Of a stretch of DNA of 64,000 nucleotides, positions 35,798-48,500 are shown one piece after another (position 1 is the first letter of the stretch; every line of letters begins with the position of its first letter). The stretch covers positions 52,328,001 through 52,392,000 of the forward strand of contig NC_087249.1 of NCBI RefSeq assembly GCF_037042905.1. The letters run 5' to 3'. The translations under genes and the position numbers were made by a program. The stretch is from Lytechinus pictus. Lineage: Eukaryota. The notes beneath the pieces were generated by a model. That model did not search any database. It was not told where the DNA came from and saw only the letters and a list, made by a program, of their open reading frames with translations.

Positions 35798-37505
35798 ATA
35801 TTAATATTAATAATTATAATAATAATGATGGTAATAATAACAATAATAATAATAATAATAATGACAATAATAATGATAATAACAATAATAATAATAATAT
35901 TACAAAATGATAACAATAATGAAAATAATAATATCAAGAAAATATATTCATATCGTTTACTAAAACCTAAAACAAAGGAAGTCGACTTTCGGTCATTTGA
36001 CCCCTTCTATCCCCCCCTTTTTTTTTCTTTCATGATATAGGATTTCATACTTTGTATTGAGATGGGTTTATCAGCAGTGGGTCATCTCTACGCATTTCCA
36101 TACACGGCCTACAAGGATGCGGATAAACCGGCAAACTTCATGAAATCCTGCATCTCCTGTTGTTCAGTCACAGACATCGCTCAGGATATATCTTCACACG
36201 TCAAGAGGTTATCATGTGAGTCGACAATGAAATGCTATTAACATTATTTTGGTACTACCGGCAAGGGCAGAAATCTCTCCCCAAAGGTAGGGGGACGAGG
36301 GGCTGGAAAATTCGACAAGCAAAAAAAAAAAGGTTATCACTCCAAATGTAAGGTCCTTTCGACAAAAATGAATTTGACAAAAAAAAAGGGTTATCACCCA
36401 AAAGTACAAGGTCATCTCGTCCAAAATACATGTTTTATTTTGATTATGAATGATGTATTTCTTTCCATAAAAATGCCAAAAATAGAAAGGTGACATTTGA
36501 TATTGTGTCCCCCTCCTATTTTTGGTAGGGGACGCGTCCCCCCTGGGATTTCCGCACCTGACTACCGAGCCTAAAACAAATGGAAGCAATTAATGATCAT
36601 TAATGGCCAATAATTCTTTCCCAATCATTATCATAATGGACACTCTCAAAATAAATCCAAAGTAATCAATCTACAAATAATACAAGCTAGATGCAACTAA
36701 CATGTCTACTCACATGTACAAGGAATGGCTATATTGAAGTCAGAAGGGACTAAACATAATCGGCAAACTTGTTATTCATTATTCAAATCGATTCATATAA
36801 AGGAGTTATTATGATGGGATCGGATTAATTCGTCGAATAATTCTTTAAGAGTTATAAAGAAATATGAAGTATCCAAGAACTTAGTAGCCAACGTGAAAAG
36901 GGTATGTAATTTTCAAGGTTTTTAAGATATTGGATAGATAATGAATAACAACGCATTCAGAGAAATATTCCTTTATCCCTAACTTTAATCTGGAATTATG
37001 AAGGTGCCTTACATGTCCTTTTAACCATCTGAACAATATTTCCTGTCCTTCTTCAGCTAAAAAGCCTAACCTGGCCAATCAAATTGTATACGAGCAGTAT
37101 GACGAAGACCAGCCCAATGTTGAATTGGATGACATGATGACCATCGTAAAACAAGGCGAAAGCGTAGGCGATGCCTCATCGGAGACGAGGACGACCACCG
37201 CTTCATCCGACATCGCTATCAAAGAGGTCGTTGATGTCGAGGTTGATGATAAGAATTTGGATGAAATGGTTGCTGGTGATGTCGCAAACGGAACGGGACT
37301 AAGAACTGTGCGTCATGATAGCGGGTCGTACTCGACCAATGGCAACAGCGTGGCTGGTAAAGACGAGATCGACCTCGGTGTTGGAAGCAATGGAACGGTG
37401 AATGAACCGGATGACGATGGGCAGGAGGGAGGTGACTTTGACTTGGGACTATACACACATACTGTCAGGAGTGATGTAACATTCAATATGGAATTCGACG
37501 CTTGA
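31492..37505 (+). CDS. Transmembrane protein 184C-like (organic solute transporter alpha/TMEM184 family), 510 aa
   Basis: Exons 31492-31775, 32383-32419, 33068-33273, 33813-33884, 34493-34580, 35386-35607, 36041-36215, 37057-37505 (1533 nt, in frame). Motifs HLVYYSKPSQQKYIVR, IYLDTIR..YQAVVIY.F, AMYCL..FY..TKEEL..LHPISK and QDFILCIEM..AVGH.YAFPY; about 7 hydrophobic segments; acidic C-terminal tail. Confidence 0.88.
35731..35933. repeat. Compound (AAT)n/(AGT)n microsatellite
   Basis: Direct observation in a TMEM184-like intron. Confidence 0.9.
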
Positions 37506-38959
37506 TAATGGACATTGGAAATTATATGTGCAGGTACTACGATGACGTGATGCATGACGGTGGAGCCAAGAAGGTCTTCAAGAAGGGAATCTACTTGCTT
37601 GAAGGACTATATATTTAGTATTTTTGTATGCAAACATTGGGTAAAGAGATTTGACTGTTGAGACGATGATGGTGACAAAGTCGCTTTTAGAAGTTGAATG
37701 AAGTTCAATTATGCGGAAATAAAATCATGAAACAGAAAGCTGCAAACAAGGGTAAAAAAGTAAAAGGCATATCAAGGAAACATGGCCTTTTGATACAGCT
37801 ATATTCTGATTTCCAGCTAATATTTGGGAAGAAATCCCCCTTCTGCGTATACATGTATACCAAGGTTCATTCGACATATTCCTATTATTAAATCAAACTT
37901 TGAAAGACATCTCTGTCAAATGCCTCCATCTCCTCTTTGTTTCTATGTATTATTGTCACTATAGCTTTGCTATCACCTTTTCCATTTTTCTTGTAGGTAA
38001 TTTCATATTTTCTAATCAATATAGACGAGAAGTGAATCTATGGTACTACTTTAATACCGAGAAGTTTTCGCTTTGAACTACCAACAAAATAATGACTGGT
38101 ACTCTTCAATAATAAAAAATATCCGAAAACTAGAAACATTGCTTACAACAGCAGATATCTTCGTCACCCCTAGTGAATTACGCGAGCAAGCACAGCGAAG
38201 GTGTCAGAATTTCTAATTATCGTTCAAAGATATATATTTTTGTCATTGAAATAATAAATCTTTAGATTTCTCAACCTTCCTGCCAAATACGACATAATTT
38301 GAGCTCTCATTGAGTCAGTTGTTAAATGTATAGGGGCCGCGAAATGATTTTGAAGGGGGGTGGGGCTGACCAATCAAAACAAAAAAATCACAACAAGAAT
38401 GTAATTTTTACGTGTTTTTTTTACACGTTTATTGAAAAACAAAAGTGAAATCAATTCTGCGACCACTAGGGCTGCTGTATTGAGCAGTCTGCTAAAAATA
38501 ATAAAATCAATAAATAAAAAAATAAAATCGGTAGAAATATGGCTGTTTAGGGAGTGGGGTATAGAGCTACAGTCACGAAACTCAAATAGAGTGGCAGTTA
38601 ATTCCATTTCCTTTTACGAGTGATGATGGATTTTCCGTGCTGGTGCAAATGATATCGTGTGTAAATGTCTTATTTCGCGTTTCAAATGAATTCCAGTTCA
38701 CAGCGCTCTCTTTGTCGATCCATTTCTTCTACAATTAAAAAGTATTTTCAAAGACATTTGTATTCGGTGTCTATCTGTTTCCTATCGGGTTATTAATTTG
38801 ATCCCTCCACCAAGAGGCACTTCTCATCATCCTTTCCAACTTACGTCAACCGTCAATTTTCTCGAGTTTCTACCTCTCATACAAAATTTAGTTCGAAAGA
38901 ATGTCTCAAGAATCTGTGATATACAATATTTACAATTATTTTTACATTATCGGCAGCGG

Positions 38960-40445
38960 TTTTAACCTAAATAGCAAAACAGTTTTCTCCACCATCTCCG
39001 CCTCCTTCTTGGAAGATTTTTGTCCGTTTTTGATGCACATCCTCTCCTCTTCTTCCCCCTCTTCTTTCTCCGCCTTCTACTCCTCTTCTACCTCTTGCTC
39101 TTCCCCGTTCTCATCTTGCAGCTGCTCCTGCTGATCCTTCAGCTCCTGTTTAACCTTCATTTTGTCCACCTGCTCTTCCTCCACCTTAAAGGGGAATCCA
39201 GCCTTGGCCATAAAATGTTGTGTTAGGAAGGAGAAAAATAAATTAAACAGAATGGTGAAAGTTTAAAAGAAATCGGACAAGCAATAAGAAAGTTATAGCT
39301 GCTTTAGAATTGAGATCACCAATACTATGTAGATTTCAAATTGGCAACTGGGTAAGTAAATTATGACAAGGGGCAAGGACAACTTTCCCATAGGCCATGT
39401 ACTTTATTATCAGGGATTTGCGGTTTTCTCCTAAGTACCCATTCCCCTGGGGCAGTAATCTAAATATAACCCAGGTGTAGTATATTGTTTTATGTCCTCA
39501 TGGAAGAAAAATATAATTTGAAATAAAACTTTTGGGGAAAATGACATTTTAGCCATAATATGTATTGGAGTACATGGGAGAGTATAGTCCTTGCCTTACA
39601 TCACTACGACATCCCATATGCAGCCAATCTCCATGGGTATAGTGATTACCAATATTTACAACTTTTAAAAATTCATAACTTTCTTGTTGTTTGTCCAATA
39701 TTGTTCAAACTTTCACCTATCAACTTGTCTGATTTTTCTTTTCCTTATAAAACAAGTTTTTATTTGGGTTGGGTTCCCCTTAACCATGTCAGCATCCTGG
39801 TGGTTCTCCACCTTCACTGACTCCATCTCCTGCTGCTCGTCTTCATCTCCCTCATCCTGCTGATGATCATCTTGTTTCTTCACAGCCTGCCGTTGCTCCT
39901 CCTCTATCTGCTGATGCATTTCCATGTCATCTTGCTCCTTGTGGAGCTGTTGGGGCTCCTCTCTATATACCTGCACTCCTGTCTCCTTTTGTGGTATAAT
40001 CCTCTCCAACCTCCCGGCCTCCTGTTGATTCTCCCCCTCCTCCTCCTCCTCTTCTTCATCACTATGATGCTGATGCTCCTGCTCCTCCTCTCCTTTCTGT
40101 TGTTCTACTTCCTTGACGGGATGCTCCTCCTTCTCCACCACCTCCTCTTCTTCCTCTTCATATGCTGCTGCTCAACCAAGTCCTCGCGCTCCTCCTATGC
40201 TTTCTGTTCTATACCTCCGCGACCTGCTCTTGCTGCTGCCTCTCCTCCCCACCAAATCCTTGTGCTTCTCTTCTACTTTCTGTTGTACTTCTACCTCATC
40301 AACCTGTTGCTGCTGCTGCTCCTCCTCCTCCTTCTCCGCTACCTTATCCCTTTCCTTCTGTTCCTCTACATTCCCCTACTGCTCCTCCTTCCCCAGCTCC
40401 TTTTAGGTCTACTCTTCATCCGCCTCCACTGTAGTCTTTTTTAGT
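38960..40445 (-). pseudogene. Decayed Glu/Gln/Lys-rich coding-like sequence
   Basis: Strong GAG/CAG/GAA codon periodicity on the minus strand; frame restored across the MITE (..QDADMVK|VEEEQVDKMKVKQELKD..); a few TAG/TAA stops and frameshifts. Confidence 0.4.
39190..39779. mobile_element. TTAA-target MITE (Kolobok-like) interrupting a Glu/Gln-rich reading frame
   Basis: TTAA-AGGGGAATCCAGCC ... GGGTTGGGTTCCCC-TTAA; AT-rich body sharply distinct from the CT-rich flanks. Confidence 0.8.
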
Positions 40446-41294
40446 ACCAGTCCAAGTAAATAGTCCAAGATGCCATTTACTGATGTTACAACGAGGTTAC
40501 TAAAGAGTAAACAAATCCGAATCAAATCCAATTGGTTGGACTTATAATCACAAGGTTGTGAGTTCGAATCCCTCCTCTGTCATTGTTTCCACTTTGATAA
40601 CAAGTGGAAAGGTCTATTATGAGGTCAGCCACTATGACTGATTTGCCTAGACGTAAAGTGTTTCTTATAGGTAATTGGTTATATAACATCTTGGCGTTTA
40701 TACCAGCAAAAAGCTGTTCTGCCAAGTTCCTAGTTACATAAAACAGAAAAACAGTAAGCTGGTAAGATGAGATGCACTCGATCACAAACCATCCAAATGA
40801 ACATTTTAAAAAATAAAACCACCAGCAAACAAACAAAAATAGGGTATATAATTTTGTGTATCAAAAGGACTTTATGTGGGTTTTGAAAATAGCTTTTTAC
40901 ATTTTAAAGCAAACTATGTAAAGTATGAACATGATGAACAAAAAACAATGAAAATTATATCTTCAGATAAACTATACCTGTCTGATTGACTATAGTCAAA
41001 TGACAGAGCTAACAATGGCACGGCTAAAAAACGGAAGGGGTGAAAAACAGGCTAGAAAAAATGTTAAAGGTAAATATAATTCATTTTCTTGATAGTGATG
41101 AAAAACATGGTGTCCAATCAAAAGAGCTCTTACTCGTTTCGTTCGATACTGCACTGCATATAGGCTTCTTGACTATTAACTCCTGTATTTAATCGTACAC
41201 ATGGTACAGTAAGCTTTTGGTGAGGATTATTTACTTATCAAAATTTCGATCAATCAATCAATCAATCAGTATTTGTTAGTCAGTCAGTGATTAT

Positions 41295-41310
41295 ACGCCA
41301 TCTAGTGGCA
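41295..41310 (-). promoter_or_regulatory. CTCF-type motif
   Basis: Reverse strand reads TGCCACTAGATGGCGT, close to the CTCF core consensus; just upstream of the CpG-rich promoter. Confidence 0.5.
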
Positions 41311-41339
41311 AAAACGTTATATTGTTAGCTATAGCATAG

Positions 41340-41710
41340 CTAGCTGAATGACTCTGGGGAGATTCCCATGGAAATTGCAACGTCAGTCCGGTTCCAGGCC
41401 CAGGGCCCGAAAGAAAAAGCTTCTGTTTCCGCTTTCTGTACCGAGAAGGATAGTGGGAGTACCATTACAATCTTGGCATGCCACAATCTTTTAAATTTAT
41501 GTGAGTATCATAGATATCTAAGAATTCAATAAATGGAACCAACGGAACGGAAGTCAGTAGGCACACAATCACAATATTGCGAGGTACGGTACCGTACCGG
41601 TACCGGCGGTAATTCGGCCGGGGGTTAACTTGACAAGCCAGCTCCGCCAGGCGTTCGGCGGCCGCGGATCTCAACAGCATGTCCTAAACCTGGCTGGGGC
41701 GGTATTCGAA
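41340..41710 (+). promoter_or_regulatory. CpG-rich putative promoter and non-coding first exon of the ELMOD gene
   Basis: Local CpG/GC enrichment, ETS-like CGGAAGT near 41548, candidate donor GAG|GTACGG at 41583/41584; next acceptors at 45492 and 45594 precede the ATG at 45598. Confidence 0.5.
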
Positions 41711-41772
41711 TATTATTCTGAACTTTGTCTCTTCACGATATTGTTTCTTTTCTCAGAGATATAAGACTTTAA

Positions 41773-41925
41773 GGCATTATCGTGGTTTATGTCACCAGTC
41801 CATTCACTGCCGTTTATTTCGTCAGCGGTGGTGACATCTTTCCACTCCCATTGACTTTGTACACAACGAGCGCGCACACACCGACACACACGAGAAGAGA
41901 GGTGACAAATTTCACGATAAGGCCG
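41773..41925. mobile_element. Short dispersed repeat/MITE, copy 1
   Basis: GGCATTATCGTG..CACGATAAGGCC inverted ends; highly similar to 62663-62811. Confidence 0.7.
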
Positions 41926-42228
41926 ACTTTAAATATGACAGATTCTGAATTGGTATTCTGGTGGATGTCATAACTTTTGTCCTACATTTTGTCATAAACT
42001 TTGTCTCTTACATGACGTGACATGTCTTTAACTTAAGTTTAACATAAGTTTGAGTTTCACTTTGTCTTTGTTGACTTTGACTTAATAAAAGAGAATGAAA
42101 CCTTGGCTTTGGAGCAAGATACCTCAAGTCATGTTCATGCAGGCTCCACTTCACTACCGCTACACTACCGCTACACTATGCTCCACCTACCCGACCTCAA
42201 GGTGGTGAACTCTTTTGGATACTCCGAG

Positions 42229-43770
42229 CCCGAGGGAGGCCAGTCAAATATATTGCTGTATACACGCGTGACCAAAAAAACGTGTTTAAAGGGGTGTTTT
42301 TCAGTTTTGGATGCGGTCCGCCCGTGGACTCGTTAAGGGTATAAAAAACACTGATTTTCAAGAAAAAGGGTGGTTTTGAAAGACTGGTCAATGATCAATC
42401 GCGGGTCAAACGTATTTAGGGTATGTTTTTCTCCAAAGCCTTTTTTTTTAAAGACTACTGTATAGCTGTTATTTTCGCAGTGGTTTTATTTTCGCGGATT
42501 GCCTATCGGCTGCGAATTTAACAATGCGCGAACATATTGACACATTTATCAGTCAGTGCCAATGTCCCCAACAGCAAAGTTTTGGTATTGAAAACATCCT
42601 GTGAAGTGAGAAAACTGAGATATGCCGTGTGTGTATTTGAGTTTTGTCAGACGTGTATCAATCAGATATGATTATTTACGTCTGGGACCGACCTTTAATG
42701 TCACCATCCGAAAGACGTGACCAGGGCTCGAACCTCGAACCCCTGCATCAATTTGTAACTTTCCCACAGTTTGGATTACAGGTGCATGCTGTAATGCCTC
42801 TTTATATGTACAAAATATAAGGTTTAGAAAGTACAGTTGGTGATTCAAAAAGTTAGCTAGAATTTCACTTTTTTTTATTTCTCAAACAAAATCAGAGCCT
42901 AAACTATTTTCTAACATAATTCTATCGATATTTATTCACTCACTGTAATATTACAATGTATTTTCCATGAAATAATTTGATTTTATTTTCATCTGATTGA
43001 CTATATACACACCTATTGGCAGCTATTTGCATACTCATTAATATTCATAAGTCACATGACCAGAGCTTTTAGAGGGGTAAGAATCTGTTCACAGAATTCA
43101 ACATTTTTGCACTGAAACCAACTTTTTACAAAGTGAATCTAACAAAACACAACTTCAAAAGATTATTCTTACATATCAAACCGTGACATGATGAATTTTC
43201 AGATCTAAAGGTACAAAAAAGTGAAATTTAAGCCACTTTTTTTCCACACTTTGTTACCGGGACATATTTATATATAAAGCACACATCAGCATTAATAATT
43301 AGAAAAAAAAAAAGAAAGGAGAAGAACGATTTTAAAGGACACGTCGAAGAAAAGAAAGAAAATAATAGTTGGCCTAACGAGTTGGCGGTAATAGTCAAAT
43401 ATGAGTGGTCGCCATTAATTTCCAACAAACAACAACGGTCTTTGAGAAACATAGTTTTTGCACATGGTTGAACTAGTTATGCTTCACTGAAATGCTGTGG
43501 AAGTGTTTTGTACATCTTCCGATCGCGAATTTAACAACCCGCGAAAATGGGGACCCCCGCGATTCAACAATTCTGTACGCGAAAATAGCAGCTTGTACAG
43601 TATTTTGGGGACAACTTCCTTAAGGGCCAAAATGTGTAAAGCCTGCAAAAAACTTATTTAGGAGGTTATTTTGCACACAGAGAAAAATTTGTTTAGGGGG
43701 TGTTTGGAAATTCCTTGGTCACGCGTGTGTACAGCAATATATTTGACTGCCCCCCCCCCCCCCCCCCGGG
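42229..43770. mobile_element. Nested DNA elements: CCCG(G)n-terminated element containing a TA-flanked Tc1/mariner-like MITE (42458-43600)
   Basis: Outer TIR CAGTCAAATATATTGCTGTA(T/C)ACACGCGTGACCAA; inner TA-CTGTA(T/C)AGCTG(T/C)TATTTTCGC..-TA; SINE-like segment near 42620-42790. Confidence 0.75.
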
Positions 43771-45597
43771 ACTCCTAGTGGCAAAGGTGGGAAAAAATGC
43801 ATATTTATTGTAAAAATTATACGAAAAAAAGGCATCGAAAATGAATATAAGCTCAATTTCTTACTCTTCACCCTTATTTCACTCCATATCCATCCTCCGA
43901 TTATCCTCAAAATTGGTGATTTCGAGCCAACATGGAGTTCCTCACACGTATAAATAATTCGCTGCCAATTTCAAAACATCGCAAGCGCGGGGTCTGAGCT
44001 CGGGCCCTCGGAAAAAAGTGATGTTACTCGTCTGCGCCCGCTTCCCTTTTTTATTTCCGCATCAATTTTCTTGATATTTACTATATTTATAGCTGCTGAA
44101 AAGCGAAAAAATTACACATGGTTGACAAGCGATTGCTCTGATGTGCTGTGGGATCGCTCTCGCAACTTCCTAAAACAATAATAAGTCCGATATCACCGTA
44201 ACTGCTATAAAAAAATTCTGGTTTGGTTTTTTATTGGTAATTATAAAGATACGATCATAAATTAGCGAGAAAATAAAGTTTGCAAACTCACAAAAAAGCA
44301 CAGATTTCTTCATTTTTAGTGCATTTTCGGGGTTCCGACCCGGAGGGCAGGGGGGGGGGGTACTCAGTATCAATGTATGGGACAAATGCTTGATTTTTTA
44401 CGCTGTCAGTTCTATTAGTTACAGCTATTCATCATATAATTTGGCTCTTTAGTTAATTGATTTTTTTTTTTTTTTCTAAATTAAAAATCGAGATTGTTGA
44501 ATGACAATACCACCCCAGGCTAAAAAGACTAGCAGGTGAAATGGGTTAAAATGTTCTGTTTATCACTTAAGGTGACAGATTTTTCCATAATCTTGAAAAC
44601 AACACCCATTTAAATTTGCCTAATTCTAAGTTATTTTACATGAAGATTTTAAGAATCTGGTGGGGGCTCAAACGTTAAGCTACATGTAATGTTAGCAACC
44701 CGCACAGAAAGATTGGCAGGGTGTGGACTGCAGCCAAAGAATACAGATTAACTACTGAGTGTTCACTACATAAATAAAGCATGCCCTTTTAATGTCTAAA
44801 GCACATTACGTTATGCATTTATATGCTGTTCTCTGCACTGTCGATACTACATGTACCTTCTGCCCGACAACTCCCTATTATATCGGTTTGACAACTTGAG
44901 TCTGTTCCTTAGAGGAAAATTGAATTCTTGTGAAAAAAATATGTGTAGTAAGGTTCAGCAGAATAATCAATGTAGAAAAGCATAGGCTACTACTAGTACT
45001 AGAAGGCCTAAGTGGTAAAAACTCTTGTAGTTTACTGTGAATTCTCCAGAGAAAAATCATATAAGCATAAGACATGTAACACTGAAAAATTGAATATTAA
45101 ATGACATTGGCTGTATAAAGAATTTTTTTCCAGGGGGGGGGGGGGGTTGCGTAAAAATTTAAAAATTTAGAAGAAATTTGAAAGTGAGGGAGCAAAGTGA
45201 CCAAGCTTGTCATAGGGGCACTTTTGCATTTTCTAAAGTGAAATTGAAGGATTTTGTAAAAAAATGTTGTGAATTTTGTGAAAATTTTCAGTAAAAAATG
45301 CAGGTTTTCAAAATTTATGGGGGAGGGCAAATGCCCCCCCCCCCCCCCGCTGCATACGGCCATGTAAATGAGATAATTATAACATTTCAAAATTTATTTT
45401 TGCTTAGTTTTAGAAAACTCTTTATAATTATTTGAAAAAACCATGAGAAGAAGTATCCATGGTATAAACGTCATTTATCCTTTTCTTGACAGAGACTAGT
45501 ATAGGCAAGAGACATCACCCTTGACTTGTGATCTGCGGAGGGTGGGTTGTTGCACCTCTTCCTGGCCCTCTGTGGCTGACCTTTCTTTCTGTAGGAG

Positions 45598-48500
45598 ATG
45601 TGGTACAGAATCTGGCTCTATGTCTACTTCACCTGGTTCCGCCCAATGTTGAAGTGGGTGCTAAGACGAGCTACTGGCAAGTGTGAGTTGCTTCGGATCT
45701 GTTGCAACAGTTATACCAAGACCGGTCACAAGACCAAAGATATCGGTAGGTGTCTTAATATTACCCAATAATGATAACAATAATAATACCCGATGTTTAT
45801 AACATGCTTTTCCCACAAGGCCCAAAGCGCTCACAAATTCAATTTTGATACTTAATTGCACAGAAACAAAGACACATTGAAAAACATATAAATGAAGGTA
45901 GTTGCCTAAAACAAAGATGAATTTAAAGACTTTGTGAATAATTCAATTGCTGGGGATTACCTTAATGGGAGAGGGGTTTTGTTCCATTTCACTGAGGATG
46001 CAACAGTGATGTGTTTATCTCCGGTCTTACTTGCCTGTTTAAAAAATTTCAAACAGTGGTTTATCTAGGAAAAATAATGCAGGTGAAAAGTGCTCTTAAA
46101 GATTGTGCCCCCTTCCAACCTGCCATGCTAAGGGCAAGTGCTGAAATGGCACTCATTCATAATTGACTCTTTTCTGTTTTTGTCTGCTTTATTGTACTTT
46201 TTTGTTGTATACTTTGAGAGAGCCCCCCCCCCCCCCCCCTATGCAAGCAATCCCCCATACACCCTAGAATTTAAACCACAGTTTTATAAAACTCTGCAAT
46301 TTGAAAGGTATGGTACATATATCTTGCCAATGGAAATAAAGGTAATATTCTTAGAATTGTTTTGGTTAATCATACAGTATGTAGCCAAAATATGGAGTTC
46401 TTGCTTGGAAATTTTAGTGTCAATCAATCAATGTTTTTCTTATTTGTTTAAATAGGCTCATTCACTTTCGATCTGAATTTAAACCTATCTGATTCATATT
46501 ATTCTTCTGGAAAGCTGTTCTATAAGGTAAATATACATTACTTTGCAATGGTCCTTGCCCTATAATATTTTGTTTGTATACATGTATGCTTTCTTTTTTT
46601 TTTCTAGAAAATGCCTTGAAAACCTCCAAACTGAGAACATTTCAGAGGATGGTGATTGATGATGACCTCAACATCTCAGAGGCTGTCAAGTATGCCATGA
46701 CGGTTAAGAACATCAATCCTAAGATATACCCTGAGTAAGTATAGTAACACCTGCGTTGCTTGATGTTTTAATGTTTGGTTACAACTAGGATTATGCTTTT
46801 CACAAAGAAAAGTAGGAATTCTGTCTTTTTACACACATTTCCTTCCATGGGAAGCACTTTTCTTTGTGTGCAAAATTTCTATTCTTGATGAATTTGTACC
46901 TTAAAGTGACATAGATCTTGCAAGAATTACCGTATGTGATTTCTGAGTCTGTACAATGTGCTTGTGATCTTGTTTATTCTTTGATTAAGGCTTGTTAATT
47001 TTGTCATTAATTTTCAATGGTATTAGCAGAGATGCCAACCCTCCTGATTCCATCTTACGACTCTTGGAAAATAGGTTGGAATGATGCTATTTCTTTTTTC
47101 TAAAGCGTTTTCAGTAGCCTCTGGTATTTTGTAAAGGCCTCCGCAAACTTATATGTATTACTGTTCCACTATCCAAATTTGGAACAAATCACATTTTGCT
47201 TATTTTCTGAAATTGTGAATGAAAATTATCTTTTCTTTTAGGTTCAAATTTGCTGTAAGAATACTAATATAACAATTTTGGATGATTGCAAGCCTTTATT
47301 TTGGGGGTAAAGGGTAAATTGAGGTCAAATCATAGCCAATTGTACAATTGTTATGATGTCATTACAATGAGATATTCAATTTGCTTTTATTCTATAAAGA
47401 TGGTAGCAGAGTCACAGATTTGACCACTAGTATTTGTAAGATGATTAAGCTCATTAAATAGTAAAATGTTCCATGTATAAATATTGGTATAAAATTTTAT
47501 TTATATGTTTTATTCCCTAAATTGGGTTGCCAACCAATCGTAAGGTGTGCGGTCGCATTTAGATAAGGTTGTGTACCGTAATTGAGCGAACATATCAAAA
47601 TCATGACTGATCAAGACCATATACCATCGATTTGGTGTTAAAACAACTCAGAATTTACAAATTTTGAGGGCAGATCATCAAATGCTTTATTGCAGAAAAA
47701 TGGCGATGGTGGTAATCTCTCATTGTCTGAAAACAGTATCCTGATTCATTTAGAGGACTCTTTCTAGGCAATAGAGGGGTGTAACTTATGTCATAACTCT
47801 AAAAAGAGCTTTTCCTGTGCTGTTTTTATTTTTAGATATTACTTCATGTACATAATAATAATAATGTGGCTTGTAAAGCGCCAAATCCACTCTGTAAAGT
47901 GCTTAAGGAGCATAAAGAGCTAAGAGTTAAATGAAAGAGTTTGTTAGAATATTTTTAAAAGTCTAGACAGAGGTGCATTTTTTATGTCTTCAGGAAGGCT
48001 ATTCCACAAAGTGGGGCACGCATAAGCAAATGATCTTTCCCCCCAAGTTTTTGAAACTTTTGGAATAACAAGGTAGCCAGAAGTGGATGAGCGCAAAGAC
48101 CTACTTGGTCTGTAGTAATTGATAAAGGAAAGACTGTAATGTGGTGCTGATTCGTGAATGCTATGAAAAAGCTCCAGCAACTATATTCTATTCAGCAAAC
48201 ACACTAATACCGATTAGAATCCCCATTTGATAATTGAAGTTGATGTTTTTGAATGTGATATGTTTACTTACATTGATCACAGATTTCAATATACACTGAA
48301 GGCATCATTAAAGCAGATTAGTGGCTACAATGCTCTGGTGAGAGATATAGAGGCTTTGAAGAAAGAGAAATATTCTACGGCTAATCCAAGCCATGAGAGA
48401 TCATTACAAAAGGTAAGGAGAAGATCATCCTCAAAACATATGGTGGTTGTAAATGAGCCTGCTATCTAAGATGTCTTTAAAGAAGTCTGAGCTATTGAAG

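Noticed and set aside
35671-36040. Ile/Val-rich ORFs
   Set aside because: Translations of the (AAT)/(AGT) microsatellite.
39863-40444. 193-aa poly-Leu membrane-like plus-strand ORF
   Set aside because: Antisense reading of GAG/CAG-rich sequence; no family features.
40528-40580. tRNA-Ile(TAT)-like sequence (CTTATAAT..GAGTTCGAATCCC)
   Set aside because: Only a partial anticodon/T-arm; the 5' half is missing. Likely a tRNA or SINE relic.
41465-41680. Minus-strand ORF MLLRSAAAERL.. as the first exon of a divergent gene
   Set aside because: No recognisable homology or downstream exons; explained by GC-rich promoter composition.
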